Virus record (IMG/VR): IMGVR_UViG_3300010157_000064
Span: 1-63,556 of that record
Origin: a virus
Taxonomy: Duplodnaviria > Caudoviricetes
Length of the DNA: 63,556 bases
Direction: 5' to 3' (one strand)
Shown here: one piece after another, positions 19,263 through 29,300 of the stretch
How the letters are laid out: every line of letters begins with the position of its first letter
How positions within the stretch are numbered: position 1 is the stretch's first letter
Notes under the pieces: model-generated
What the model saw: only the letters and a program-made list of their open reading frames with translations
What the model was told of the DNA's origin: nothing
Database searches by the model: none
Translations under genes and position numbers: made by a program

Positions 19263-19685
19263 CTACAAACCTATTTTCTCTACATTATTGATATCTTTGT
19301 TTTTTCTCAAACTCTCAAGAAAAGACTTTACATTTTTTAGTCTTTCTATCCTCAATTCGTAAGTATAGTCTTCTTTTTGCTTCACATTAACAACCTGCCC
19401 ACCAGTCAAAGACACTAGTTGCAAAACATTTTCTGCACTAAGATTATTTGTACTCATTATTACTGTAATCTTGTTTTCAACTAAATTAGTATATGTTACT
19501 GCAGACCCAATCACTAACAATAAACACGCAGTTATGGCAAATGCAGAATTTCTACGCCAATTAAAAGAAGAAGGACTAACTATTTGACCAATATCAACAA
19601 CAACGCCTTCGTCAACTTTACCACCACTTCTAATAGATTCTAAGTATTGTGGTAACTTATTGAGATTCATAGGATTATTACTCAA
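19263..19685 (-). CDS. single-pass membrane hypothetical protein
   Basis: Central TM segment AFAITACLLLVIGSAVTY. Confidence 0.55.
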   Translation of the reverse strand: MSNNPMNLNKLPQYLESIRSGGKVDEGVVVDIGQIVSPSSFNWRRNSAFAITACLLLVIGSAVTYTNLVENKITVIMSTNNLSAENVLQLVSLTGGQVVNVKQKEDYTYELRIERLKNVKSFLESLRKNKDINNVEKIGL

Positions 19686-19810
19686 AATTCACTCCCTCTC
19701 GAAAAACGTCCAATAAAAAATGCCAAAATACCAGTAACTAAAAACAAAAGAACCCACTTCCACAAACCAGTCATCAATGTGTAAAATATAACACCTTCAA
19801 TAATATTCAT
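19682..19810 (-). CDS. small membrane protein
   Basis: MNIIEGVIFYTLMTGLWKWVLLFLVTGILAFFIG; ATG 5 nt after CTATATA. Confidence 0.5.
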   Translation of the reverse strand: MNIIEGVIFYTLMTGLWKWVLLFLVTGILAFFIGRFSRGSEF

Positions 19811-19841
19811 GTAAATATATAGGTACACAATATATAATAAT

Positions 19842-20174
19842 ATGAATAGTTCAAGCTTTAAACAATGGTTAACCAATGAAGGTAAAGCACTAGATGTTGG
19901 CACGAAAGCGTTTAAGAACGAACAGCAGGCGTTGAAGGCTGCAATCGTTGTTTGGAAGGGCGATCCTTCAAAGCTCAGAACTCACGTGCAGGACGAAATT
20001 GACGGAACTCCGCCTCCTGATGGGTCAGAAAAAATAACGCAAGAGCGAAGAGAAATGGCAGCGGCACTCCTGAAAGCCGTGAGGGAAAAAAGTGAGATCG
20101 CCCCAACCCTGTACCGAGGGGCAATTTCAGAGAGTTTGGCAATTGTTTCGGAACTTTTCTTTTTTCCTTTTTGA
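19842..20174 (+). pseudogene. truncated ADP-ribosyltransferase (VIP2/Alt-like) with capsid-targeting-like N-terminus
   Basis: MNSSSFKQWLTNE; ART-like sequence ends at PTLYRG (~20120), then reads the antisense of the neighbouring gene. Confidence 0.5.
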
Positions 20175-20275
20175 CAACAGCTCATACAGATTTTAACAAA
20201 GCCTTCTTCCATCCATTTCTTTTTTGCTTTTACAATTCTTTCTTCTCCACATTCTGGGCACTTGACTTGGTACAT
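20118..20275 (-). pseudogene. truncated homing endonuclease (zinc ribbon + NUMOD3)
   Basis: AAGGAG SD; MYQVKCPECGEER...CMSCCQKGKKKSSETIAKLSE; no nuclease domain follows. Confidence 0.55.
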
Positions 20276-20404
20276 GTAGTTTCTCCTTGTTCCTAATATA
20301 GTAACAAAAAAATAGATTCTACTCAATACCTTATTTGTAGGAAATAGTTTTTTACCGATGAGCAATAATGCCCTTGCCCTCAATAGCATTTTGTACAGAG
20401 AAAC

Positions 20405-20436
20405 AAAAAACCCTCCGGTCTTGCGACCGAAGGGTT
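20405..20436 (-). terminator. rho-independent terminator after major capsid gene
   Basis: Minus strand CCCTTCGGTC-GCAA-GACCGGAGGG followed by T6. Confidence 0.85.
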
Positions 20437-20471
20437 CTTGTTCATTTGTGACCGCAAAATGCGGTGTAAAA

Positions 20472-21905
20472 CTATATCACAAAATTAGCGATACTCAATC
20501 TTGCATAAAACTTGGCACCCTCACGAAGGAGTTTTTTCCCATACCTTGTTAAAATTCCCTTGCGTGGGCAAAAGGATTCTGGATCGAGAACCACTGGTGT
20601 CTGAGTGAGTGGTACGTAAGGGCAGTAGAAATATCCGCTGTCCATGTAGCTATCACCCTTATATCCCATCAATACTTGATTGCTTGGGAATAGTGGATCT
20701 TTGTATAGTCTCCATCTGTTATTAACAGTACCGACATACTGAACACCTAGTGAGCTTGTGAAAGTTTCACTTGGGGCTGGAGCGAAGCCGGCGGTTGCTG
20801 TCTCAAATATTGAGGCAACTTCTGGGCTTGTTACTAGCCAGTTAGCACCACCACGTAATGTCTTACGATGAATTACGTTACTGATTTCGACAACTTTAAC
20901 ATATAGTGATTCATACTTCTCTTTGATGGTATCACCGAGAGCTGTATTGAAATCCCAAGCTGATACGGTACCAGCGTTGTTACGAAGATCGGTTAGAACT
21001 TCACGGTCGATTTCGAGGTTAATTTCTTGAGCTAGAACAGCGGTTAGCTCAGCTTCAGCATCTAGATTGTGCTGTGAGCGGAGATCTTGCTGAGCTTCGT
21101 AGCTCCAAACTGCTTTCAATTTGCGTGTCTTGGCAGCAATTTCTTCTGACTCGATCACGAGATTGATTTCTGGTAGATCCTGATTGCATTCCATGTTGTA
21201 TTCATAGCTGATTACAACGTGGTTATCACCTGCTGCACTGTCCCAAGTTAGTGATAGTTCGCCACTTACTAGATCTAGTGAACCGCCGGTTGCGTAATCA
21301 CCAGGTGAACCAATTGTGGTAAAGTTGAAGGTACCAGAAGAAGAGACCACGAAGGTCTGTACTGCTGTGTTGCCGTCATAAACTGTACCTGTGACAGTAC
21401 CAGCTAGAATTGGAGTATGTTCTAGAGCGGAGTAGGTTACGGAAGTACCGGTGCCTGGATCGACATTGGTTCTTTCGTTCTGTACAAACTGGCTGCTGTA
21501 GAAAATATCTAGGTTAGCAGTACCGTCTGCCAACTGCATCAAGCTGTTTGAATCATCCGATGGGAATCCGCTTTTGGAAGCACCACGGGTTGCACCCTTG
21601 TTGCTGCCGTAACGGAAACGGAGGTAGTACACTAGTCCGGTTGGTCCGAGTAGTGGCTGTACGCTGACGATCTTGTTAGCGATAAGCTGTGGGTAAATTC
21701 TGCGAACTAGCGGAATGCTGATTCGTTTGAACTGAGCAACGTCACCTGTATCGGTGCTGGTCTCATTCATGAGTCTTTGGTTTTCGAGTAGAACTGCTGT
21801 TGCAGAGCGAGTAAATCTGTCTTGAATGCCTTCGAGGAGACCTGTCTGCGCCCAGCGAGTTTCTAGCTCTTTAGCTTCATTTAGAAATTGTGAATTTGCG
21901 TTCAT
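20472..21905 (-). CDS. gp23: major capsid protein (T4 gp23-like)
   Basis: LLENQ, PLVRRIYP, VQPLLGPTGLVYYLR, TRKLKAVWSYEAQQDL, EINLEIDRE, YCPYVPL, TRYG. Confidence 0.97.
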   Translation of the reverse strand: MNANSQFLNEAKELETRWAQTGLLEGIQDRFTRSATAVLLENQRLMNETSTDTGDVAQFKRISIPLVRRIYPQLIANKIVSVQPLLGPTGLVYYLRFRYGSNKGATRGASKSGFPSDDSNSLMQLADGTANLDIFYSSQFVQNERTNVDPGTGTSVTYSALEHTPILAGTVTGTVYDGNTAVQTFVVSSSGTFNFTTIGSPGDYATGGSLDLVSGELSLTWDSAAGDNHVVISYEYNMECNQDLPEINLVIESEEIAAKTRKLKAVWSYEAQQDLRSQHNLDAEAELTAVLAQEINLEIDREVLTDLRNNAGTVSAWDFNTALGDTIKEKYESLYVKVVEISNVIHRKTLRGGANWLVTSPEVASIFETATAGFAPAPSETFTSSLGVQYVGTVNNRWRLYKDPLFPSNQVLMGYKGDSYMDSGYFYCPYVPLTQTPVVLDPESFCPRKGILTRYGKKLLREGAKFYARLSIANFVI

Positions 21906-21937
21906 GTAATCCTTCTAATTTAATTAGAGTTTTAAAC

Positions 21938-22828
21938 TTATTGAGCTTGTTTTAGTCCGGATAGGATCAATAATTGATCTGTTCCAGAGTTTTGTGATGC
22001 ATATTCCGATATGACCACACCATCATCCGACCTTCCTCTCCCCGTTACATTCTTTGCTTTTTCGGTTCTTTCTTTCTGTTCGTTCATTACGGCTTCTTTT
22101 CTAGTTTGCGTAACGACTTTGCGGCTTTCAGTAATTACATCGTGAGCTTGGCGAACTGATTCGTTTAGCTTAGTGTTTTCGGTTGAAAGTCTGATGTTTC
22201 TAGCTTCCATAATGCGAAGCTGTCCTTTCATTTCTTCGATTGATTTATTTGCTTCTTCAACTTTTGCTGAAGAGACAGCAGCGAAACCATCATCAGAGAG
22301 GTAGTTGGCAGTAATATCTACGATCTTATTGAGAGCTACTTTATGTTCGACCATACGTGGATCGTTGATGATTTCACGTTTGGCTTGTTCATAAATCTCT
22401 TGACCTTTAAACTGTAGGAACTGGTCAACTTTATCTACAATATACTCTTTCATCTCAGCAAGTTTATTATCATACTCTTCGTACATTTCTACTTCGAGTT
22501 TTTGATTCTTGCCTTTTTCACCTTTTAGCATTTCGTATGCTTCTTCGTATCCTTCTTCGAGTGCAGCCTTATATTCTTCACCTTGAAGTTCTAAGCGGTT
22601 ACGTAGATCGGCAATTATTGCGTATGCTTCTTCGTATCCTTTTTCTGCTACTTGTTCTGCTTCTGCAACTTCGCTTGAAAGTTCAACATAGGCTTCTTCA
22701 AGTTTTTGATTGAACTCCGCCTCTAGATCTGATTTAGCTGACTCTAGCATTTGTTGCACTGCGGATGAAACTTCATTAACTTCGGTTTCGGGCAAAAGTT
22801 TTTTTAATGCTTCTACTATTTTATCCAT
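21938..22828 (-). CDS. gp22: prohead core scaffold protein (gp22-like)
   Basis: Acidic coiled-coil protein between protease and capsid; KVDQFL. Confidence 0.8.
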   Translation of the reverse strand: MDKIVEALKKLLPETEVNEVSSAVQQMLESAKSDLEAEFNQKLEEAYVELSSEVAEAEQVAEKGYEEAYAIIADLRNRLELQGEEYKAALEEGYEEAYEMLKGEKGKNQKLEVEMYEEYDNKLAEMKEYIVDKVDQFLQFKGQEIYEQAKREIINDPRMVEHKVALNKIVDITANYLSDDGFAAVSSAKVEEANKSIEEMKGQLRIMEARNIRLSTENTKLNESVRQAHDVITESRKVVTQTRKEAVMNEQKERTEKAKNVTGRGRSDDGVVISEYASQNSGTDQLLILSGLKQAQ

Positions 22829-22874
22829 TAGCCTACTCCTAACTTAACGGGTTGTTGTTTTTCTTTTTTTAACA

Positions 22875-23564
22875 TTAATTAAGTTTTTTCTTAATGTTAT
22901 TTGTCTTTTGTTCAATAATTCCACCCAAGCAAGCGACAAGTGCTTCTTTGTTAACAGTATGTATGCAGCTACTGTTATTTTTTGCAGAGTTTTTTTCTAC
23001 AAAAGAAGATCTTGTTACTGTTGGATCGAAACTTTCTTTCTTACCTACTACTTTCTCCTGGAAAGCAGAATAGGTGCTCGGATCGGCTACGGCGTCAAAA
23101 GTGATTAGCTTATAACTTTCGCCAATTACCAAAATTCCATTCTCGTCATTCCTACCGTTGCCTACGCCACGGCTGCTGATTCCAATTCTCACACCATCAT
23201 TTAGAAGACTTCTTAGTATTCTTCCGTGAGGAGTGTTGAGAATTTCTCCTTGCCCCATTAGGCTATTACCTTCCCACCATAGCTTAGTAATAATGTGTGA
23301 ACATTTTTCAAAATGAATTATACTATCTGCTGGGTGATCTAATTCGCCTACTAATCCTCGTGCTTCGATGATAGGTACCAATTTCTTGACATTCTCATCT
23401 AGCACAGCGTATGGGTATATTCTTTTATTTTTATTAACTGCTTCTGCTTCTTGGAATTTACCTTTAAAGCTTGTTAGTCCTTTATCGGTGGACTCATTAA
23501 GGTCTAAGGTAAATCCAGAGTGGTTGCAGCTATCTACAAACAGTGTTAGTTTTGTGGGATCCAT
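22875..23564 (-). CDS. gp21: prohead protease (gp21-like)
   Basis: NKNKRIYP, GELDHP, TPHGRIL, GISSRGVG, FDAVADPS. Confidence 0.95.
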   Translation of the reverse strand: MDPTKLTLFVDSCNHSGFTLDLNESTDKGLTSFKGKFQEAEAVNKNKRIYPYAVLDENVKKLVPIIEARGLVGELDHPADSIIHFEKCSHIITKLWWEGNSLMGQGEILNTPHGRILRSLLNDGVRIGISSRGVGNGRNDENGILVIGESYKLITFDAVADPSTYSAFQEKVVGKKESFDPTVTRSSFVEKNSAKNNSSCIHTVNKEALVACLGGIIEQKTNNIKKKLN

Positions 23565-23585
23565 TGACGTACTCCTTTTTAAAAA

Positions 23586-25427
23586 TTATTTGACGTCTCT
23601 GGGCATAACTGCACCCTTAACGTAAGGGTTATTTAGATTTGGCCAAGTATCATTTGACTGATTCTGTGCCAATTCATCACCATCATCGACAACTGATTTC
23701 TCTTTCATTTTGTAATCACTTGCCTTTGGTACATAGGGATTATCTAGTGATGGCCAGATATCATTTCCGCCAAGATTGCTCCATCCATTGCTTTGCATTT
23801 CATCATCTAGATCACCGTTGTAGCTTTTACCGTCACTAACAGGGGCAGCACTTTTCCAATCACCGTTGTGAACAGAAGGGGTACCGTCTACTTTAGCCAT
23901 TTTGCTTACATATGGATGATCTCCATATACTGTGTGGTGAGGAGTTGTAACAACATCCCAATCGTTTGAAGCTCCGTCGATATTAGCTTCTAGGAAATAG
24001 GAGATATAATCAGCAACTTCTTCTGCTAGTTCTAGGTCCATCTTGCTTTCTTTGTTTAGTACAGCAGCACACTGTTCTAAAAGATCTTCGGTTTCTCTTA
24101 CGGTTTCAGAATCTTCTGCTTCTACAGCAATTTCACGAACTTCACGTAGAGCGTTGAAAAGATCAACGAACACTTGTAGTTCTTTTGATTCTGATTCATC
24201 AAGCGTTACGTAGAATTGTTCGACTACTTTCTTGAAGCTACCGTATGCATCTTCACATTCTCTGCACTCTGCGGTGATGTCATCTTCTACACCGGCTAGT
24301 ACAGCTATTTTCTTTACACGATCTGTGTATGCGTTATGAGCGGTTCTTAGAATAGCTTCGGCCATAAAAGAGCATATTTCATCGTCATAATTCTTGATAG
24401 CAGCAGATTCTAAAGCGTGAGAAATCTGTGTTGCCAACTCTTCTTCGGTAACGTAGATTAGATCTGGCCAACGGGTGACAATAGCTTCTAGAGTTGTTTC
24501 GAGCGAGCTGTTGTCGGAGATATTGTTATATCTTTTTAGATCTGCCATTGCTTTAACGAAGTTATTGTCTTCTTTAACATTCTTCATCTTGCTACGAACT
24601 ACTTTGACTTCATGGTCTAGTGTGTCCCAATTGAAAGAAAGCACTTTGCCTTCATTCCTTTTTAGGGCGGTTGGAACTGCAATGGCGTTTATTTCGCCAT
24701 TATTATCTTGTCTTACAAATGACTCATTCATTGCTGGGCCGAAGTTTTTGTAATTAATGTAATTGATTACATTTTCAACAAGATTGTTCCATTCTTTCAT
24801 GTGGCTCTTCTTGATTTTTCTTGCATAAACACGTGCACGTGGGTTGCTTGATCCGCCCAATCTCTTTCTCGCTCTTGCTCTTTCTCTTGCGAGTTGTTTC
24901 TTTTGGCTTGGAGACATACGGGCCAAGGTCTTCAGTCTTGATCTAACTCCCTTTGCGACAGCGGATCGATTACGATGCTTGCGCCATTGGGATCCATGTC
25001 TACCAGTTGGTCTAGAGCTTGTTACTTTCCAAGTCGCTTCATTTAAGCTACGTTTTACAGATGGCGAGCTCATATATTGTTCGAACTGGTGAGCGGCGGT
25101 CGCATCTTTATTGTCTATGATTGAATCAACCATTTTTGAAATGATTGAACGATTGCTATTTTTTTCGCTCTCTTGGTCTATTACTAGTTGTTCGATGTTT
25201 TCAAGAATGATACTATCATCCTTAATTGTATAGGTAGCGTGAATATAAGTTCCGTCTGGGGTTTCGTATGTTACTTCTGACTCGCCAAAAGTGAACAACT
25301 CAAGACCTTCTACGCCCAATGCTTCGGCCAAAACATCTTGAGCCTCAATTAATTCTTTCTGAGCATTTGTGAGTGATTGTTCTTCTATTTTTTTGAACAC
25401 ATCAAAACTAATTAGTTTTCTTTTCAT
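23586..25427 (-). CDS. large prohead core-like protein (gp67/gp68 position)
   Basis: Upstream of the protease in the head operon; acidic with an Arg-rich RMSPSQKKQLARERARARK block. Confidence 0.55.
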   Translation of the reverse strand: MKRKLISFDVFKKIEEQSLTNAQKELIEAQDVLAEALGVEGLELFTFGESEVTYETPDGTYIHATYTIKDDSIILENIEQLVIDQESEKNSNRSIISKMVDSIIDNKDATAAHQFEQYMSSPSVKRSLNEATWKVTSSRPTGRHGSQWRKHRNRSAVAKGVRSRLKTLARMSPSQKKQLARERARARKRLGGSSNPRARVYARKIKKSHMKEWNNLVENVINYINYKNFGPAMNESFVRQDNNGEINAIAVPTALKRNEGKVLSFNWDTLDHEVKVVRSKMKNVKEDNNFVKAMADLKRYNNISDNSSLETTLEAIVTRWPDLIYVTEEELATQISHALESAAIKNYDDEICSFMAEAILRTAHNAYTDRVKKIAVLAGVEDDITAECRECEDAYGSFKKVVEQFYVTLDESESKELQVFVDLFNALREVREIAVEAEDSETVRETEDLLEQCAAVLNKESKMDLELAEEVADYISYFLEANIDGASNDWDVVTTPHHTVYGDHPYVSKMAKVDGTPSVHNGDWKSAAPVSDGKSYNGDLDDEMQSNGWSNLGGNDIWPSLDNPYVPKASDYKMKEKSVVDDGDELAQNQSNDTWPNLNNPYVKGAVMPRDVK

Positions 25428-25575
25428 AGGTCAATTGACTCCCTGTGTATTGGTTTCCTAAAATCCTGATGAGTTATATATAAATTCTAGGTTAAATTTT
25501 TTTCAATAACTCAATTATTTTATTATCGTCTGATATATAGGTATGCATCACCATTCAAAATTTAGGAGAGTTAAG

Positions 25576-26163
25576 ATGAGAAAATTTGTAGAATATGTAA
25601 AGCTGCGGGAAATGTCCGCTATGAATATGGGAAAAGATATATTTGGCGGGGCAAATAATGTAAGCCTAGATGCGAATTCTGAAGCTGCTGTAGACACGGC
25701 CCTTCAAGCTTTTTTGCTTATATTGGGAGCTAAAGGAAGTCAAACTATCGGCATGTTAAAGAGTATTGTGCAGAGTGTTCCAGAAGTTAAAGATCAAGTG
25801 GAACAAATGTTATCTCAACATGATTTTGATAGTTTGAAAGATCTAGGTGTTGCTGCTAGTAGAGCTGCCAAGAGAATTTCATCTAATTCGTCTAAGGGGT
25901 TAGGAGATGTTTCTAGTGGTGATGCCTCTATGGGCAACGCCGGTTCTCCTCAGCAGCCATCTAATGCGATGGTTCCTAATGCTGCTGATTCTTACAAAGG
26001 CGAAGCTTATTTGATTGAAACAAAAGCTATTTGCAGTAGATGTGGAGCAGAAGCAAGAGCTTCAATATATGATATTAATGCTGGCAAAGCTAAGTGCCGT
26101 GAATGTGGCGGGTTTTTGAACAAGTCAGACAAGCCAGAGAAGAAGAGAAAATCTAGAGATTGA
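25576..26163 (+). CDS. hypothetical protein with capsid-targeting-like N-terminus and C-terminal zinc ribbon
   Basis: AGGAG SD, MRKFVEYVKLRE; CSRC...CREC. Confidence 0.6.
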   Translation: MRKFVEYVKLREMSAMNMGKDIFGGANNVSLDANSEAAVDTALQAFLLILGAKGSQTIGMLKSIVQSVPEVKDQVEQMLSQHDFDSLKDLGVAASRAAKRISSNSSKGLGDVSSGDASMGNAGSPQQPSNAMVPNAADSYKGEAYLIETKAICSRCGAEARASIYDINAGKAKCRECGGFLNKSDKPEKKRKSRD

Positions 26164-26395
26164 ACCAACATTTTTTTGCTTTAATCAAGATATTTTCATC
26201 TAGAACAAACCCACATTTGTCTCCTACTAAACAGTCTGCGAGGCAATGTGGGCATATTCCAGTTTCGTTATTATCTGTATATTCTGTTACTTCTTTGGGA
26301 TCGAATATTTTACAACAATGATAACATCCTACTGAGGAGGATTGTTTTATAATATTCTTATTCTTCATTGATATTTTAGGAAACAAATTGATCAT
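26153..26395 (-). CDS. small Cys-rich zinc-binding protein
   Basis: GCYHCCKIF ... ICPHC. Confidence 0.6.
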   Translation of the reverse strand: MINLFPKISMKNKNIIKQSSSVGCYHCCKIFDPKEVTEYTDNNETGICPHCLADCLVGDKCGFVLDENILIKAKKCWFNL

Positions 26396-29300
26396 TCATC
26401 ACCTACGCTATAATCTATATCTTCTAGATCTTGTTCTGCTTCATATCCTTGTAGTTCTAGATCGTACTTCTTAATATCTTCTTCAGAAGGATCTTCTAGA
26501 CTAGTTGGTTCGGCAGGTTGTTCACCGGTTTCAGGTGGTGGTTGTTCGCCTGTGGGCTCTTGTGGAGCTTGAGGGCCCTCAAGATTAGCTTGTTCTGCGT
26601 CTTCTGGTTGTGGCATTGCGTTGGGGCCACCTGCTTGTGTTCCTAGTTCTGGATTTGATTGTTCTTGACCTGGAATTCCCACTCCTAGAAGTTGTGGATT
26701 CTGTGCCATTACTTGTAGTTTGAGATCTTCTAGTTTTTGAATTTTCAATCTTGCGAGCATTTCTTCTGTTTCGTTTTCGCCATATTTCAAAATTCTCGTC
26801 ATTATGTCATAATCAGACATAAGAACGCTACTTTTCAATGTTCCTGCATTGCCATATCTTGCTGATGTGACTTCCGCTCTTGATAGTTCTCTCCAGTCGG
26901 ATGGAGGAGTCATCTTTATTTTTAAATCTTGATAAGATTTTTCTGGGAACCCTCGTAGCTGCAAGTGTCTTTCTGCCAGTTCTAATATTCCGTCTTCGAA
27001 GTTGCTTTGCAATCTTTCGATCATTCTTGCGAATTTAACATCTTGTGAGCTTAATGTTATTCTGGTTGAATTGGGGTCTTCGTTATTGAAATAATTTTTA
27101 GGAAAGTTTAATGCTGTTAGTAGTTTGTTTCTGAAATAGATAGCATCATCTATTTCGCCAAGATTTTCTGCCCCTGGTAGTGTTTCTATTCTTGTGTTGC
27201 TATTTGGTCTAGTTGGCAACCAGTAATCTTCATCTTGTGCGGGTGGTTGCCATCTTTCTTCAACTTGATTTGCACCTGGTGTATTTCCTCTATTGCTTGT
27301 TACTTTTCTTTTTCTGAACTGATCTTTAATTCGATCCAAGAATGCTTCTGCTTTAAATGGAGGAAGTTGACCAACGTCAATGTAGAAAACACGCCTCTCA
27401 GGAGCGCGAGTGTTGTGAACGATTATGCCGTTTGCCACAAAATTATGCATTTCGTTATCAACTGTTAAGTCGTAAACTTCTTCTTGTCCTGCATATTCTA
27501 CTGCTATTACATTTTCATATTTTGGAAGCTCTTTATTAGAAACTGTGACCGACCAACATTCGGTTGGTGGCATCTTTCTTCCTTTTTCAATTTCGTGACC
27601 ACCCTTACGCTTTCTGTTAACAATTTTTCCTGAGCAGAGTCCGATTGAGGACCATAGTTCCTTTGTGTCTTCTACAAGGTTTTTATTGCATAATTCTATA
27701 GTCGAGAACCAAGTTCCGGCTTTGGTGCGTCTTTTGCAACCATCAGCATTTGATAGTCCTTCTACAAAAGCTCTTCTTATTTTCTTGGACGCATTAAACA
27801 CCCAGCTTGGGATTCTTTTGTTTTTAACTCCTTTGATATAGCCCATTGACAATAAAATTTTACAAGCAACAGTTGAGTCGACGACATAGTTGCCTAAATT
27901 CTTGTTGTTGCTTCTTTTTTCTCTTTCGAATCTAACTTTGCCGAAATATTTTTCAAGTATATTTTTATAAAATACATTTTGTTTTTCATCTAAGCCTGCA
28001 GAAAAAGTTAATTGGTAGTTATTTTTCCTTATAGATCCATCGCCTATTAAGAAGCCAAATAATTTAGCAAATTCTTCATCTACAAACTTCGGCAGCATTA
28101 TTCTTTCGGAATTTGCTTGTCCTTTATTGGTTGTTACAAGTTTGTTTTTCTCTAAACCAAAAACATCACATATCTTTTTAGCTTGATCAGCAGGCAGGGC
28201 CTTACCTTCGGTATAAAGAAACTGTCTTATTCTATTTATATCTCCGCATTTTCTCATCAATGCAGATTTATTTTTATAAATTGTATTTCTGAAGGCGGTT
28301 CTTTGAGAGACATCAAGTTTGGCCCATGTCTCTCCAAGTATATTTGGTATCTCCGTTTCAGACTCCTCATCTTTAGTTATATTTATGATTTTGTCTTTAC
28401 CAACGATTAAGTCTTGAATATCGACATACTGGATGATTCCTTCTCGATTTACAAGTATGGGGTGCGTAGCAGTTCCTGTTATTTGTACATGTTTGCTACG
28501 AACCGTGTAGACATCTTTCATGCCATTATTTACAAAATTAATCACTTTGGCTCTTAGTGTTTCGCCTATTGAATTATAAGAATAAACAAAATCGTCATTT
28601 TTAATATTCTTGATATACGCATATCCATCTGGAGTTCTGATTCTTGTGTCTCCAACCAAGCAGAGCCTATAAATCACCATTGCATCTTCTAAAAGTCTTA
28701 GATTATGTGCGGGTCCTCTTGCTGGTTCTATTAGTGATTGTCCGTATGGAAAAAATGTTTTTCTATCATCTCCGATTTTGAAATGTATTATTTGATTAGT
28801 AGCAAAACGTATTGCTGTTGTGTGATTTAGTTCTGTATTGTTTAGGTCGTCTACTGGGCCTCTGATTATTGCTTGATAATCTGGTCCTTCTTTTGCTTGT
28901 TGATATTCTATTGTTCTACCTTTGACAGTTTCTATTCTATACATAGTTTCTGGTGGTAGTGGCACTGCTTTGTATATTCCTTCTTTGGGGTTATCTGGAT
29001 TGATTACTGTTTCTACGAAGTGATCTCCCATAATACACAAACTTTTGAACCAGCTCCATCCTGCTCTGTTGAGGTTGAGCATTTTGCGATGTAGCAGTAC
29101 GAACTCTATTTCTTTTTTAATATCTTCGTTGTTAGTTAATACTTTTAATATATTTCCTGTTTCATCTTTTTGACAATTATGAACTATGATGCTATCTGTT
29201 GCGAAGCATGCGTGTTTTTCAACAGACATATCGTACACAGGTTGTTCTTCATCATTGTGATGAATGTTTAATATTGTTCTTTTATCTTCTAGTTTGAATA

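Noticed and set aside
19982-20389. 135-aa ORF as an intact gene
   Set aside because: Likely start is 20275 (SD present), and the C-terminal part is antisense of the ART fragment
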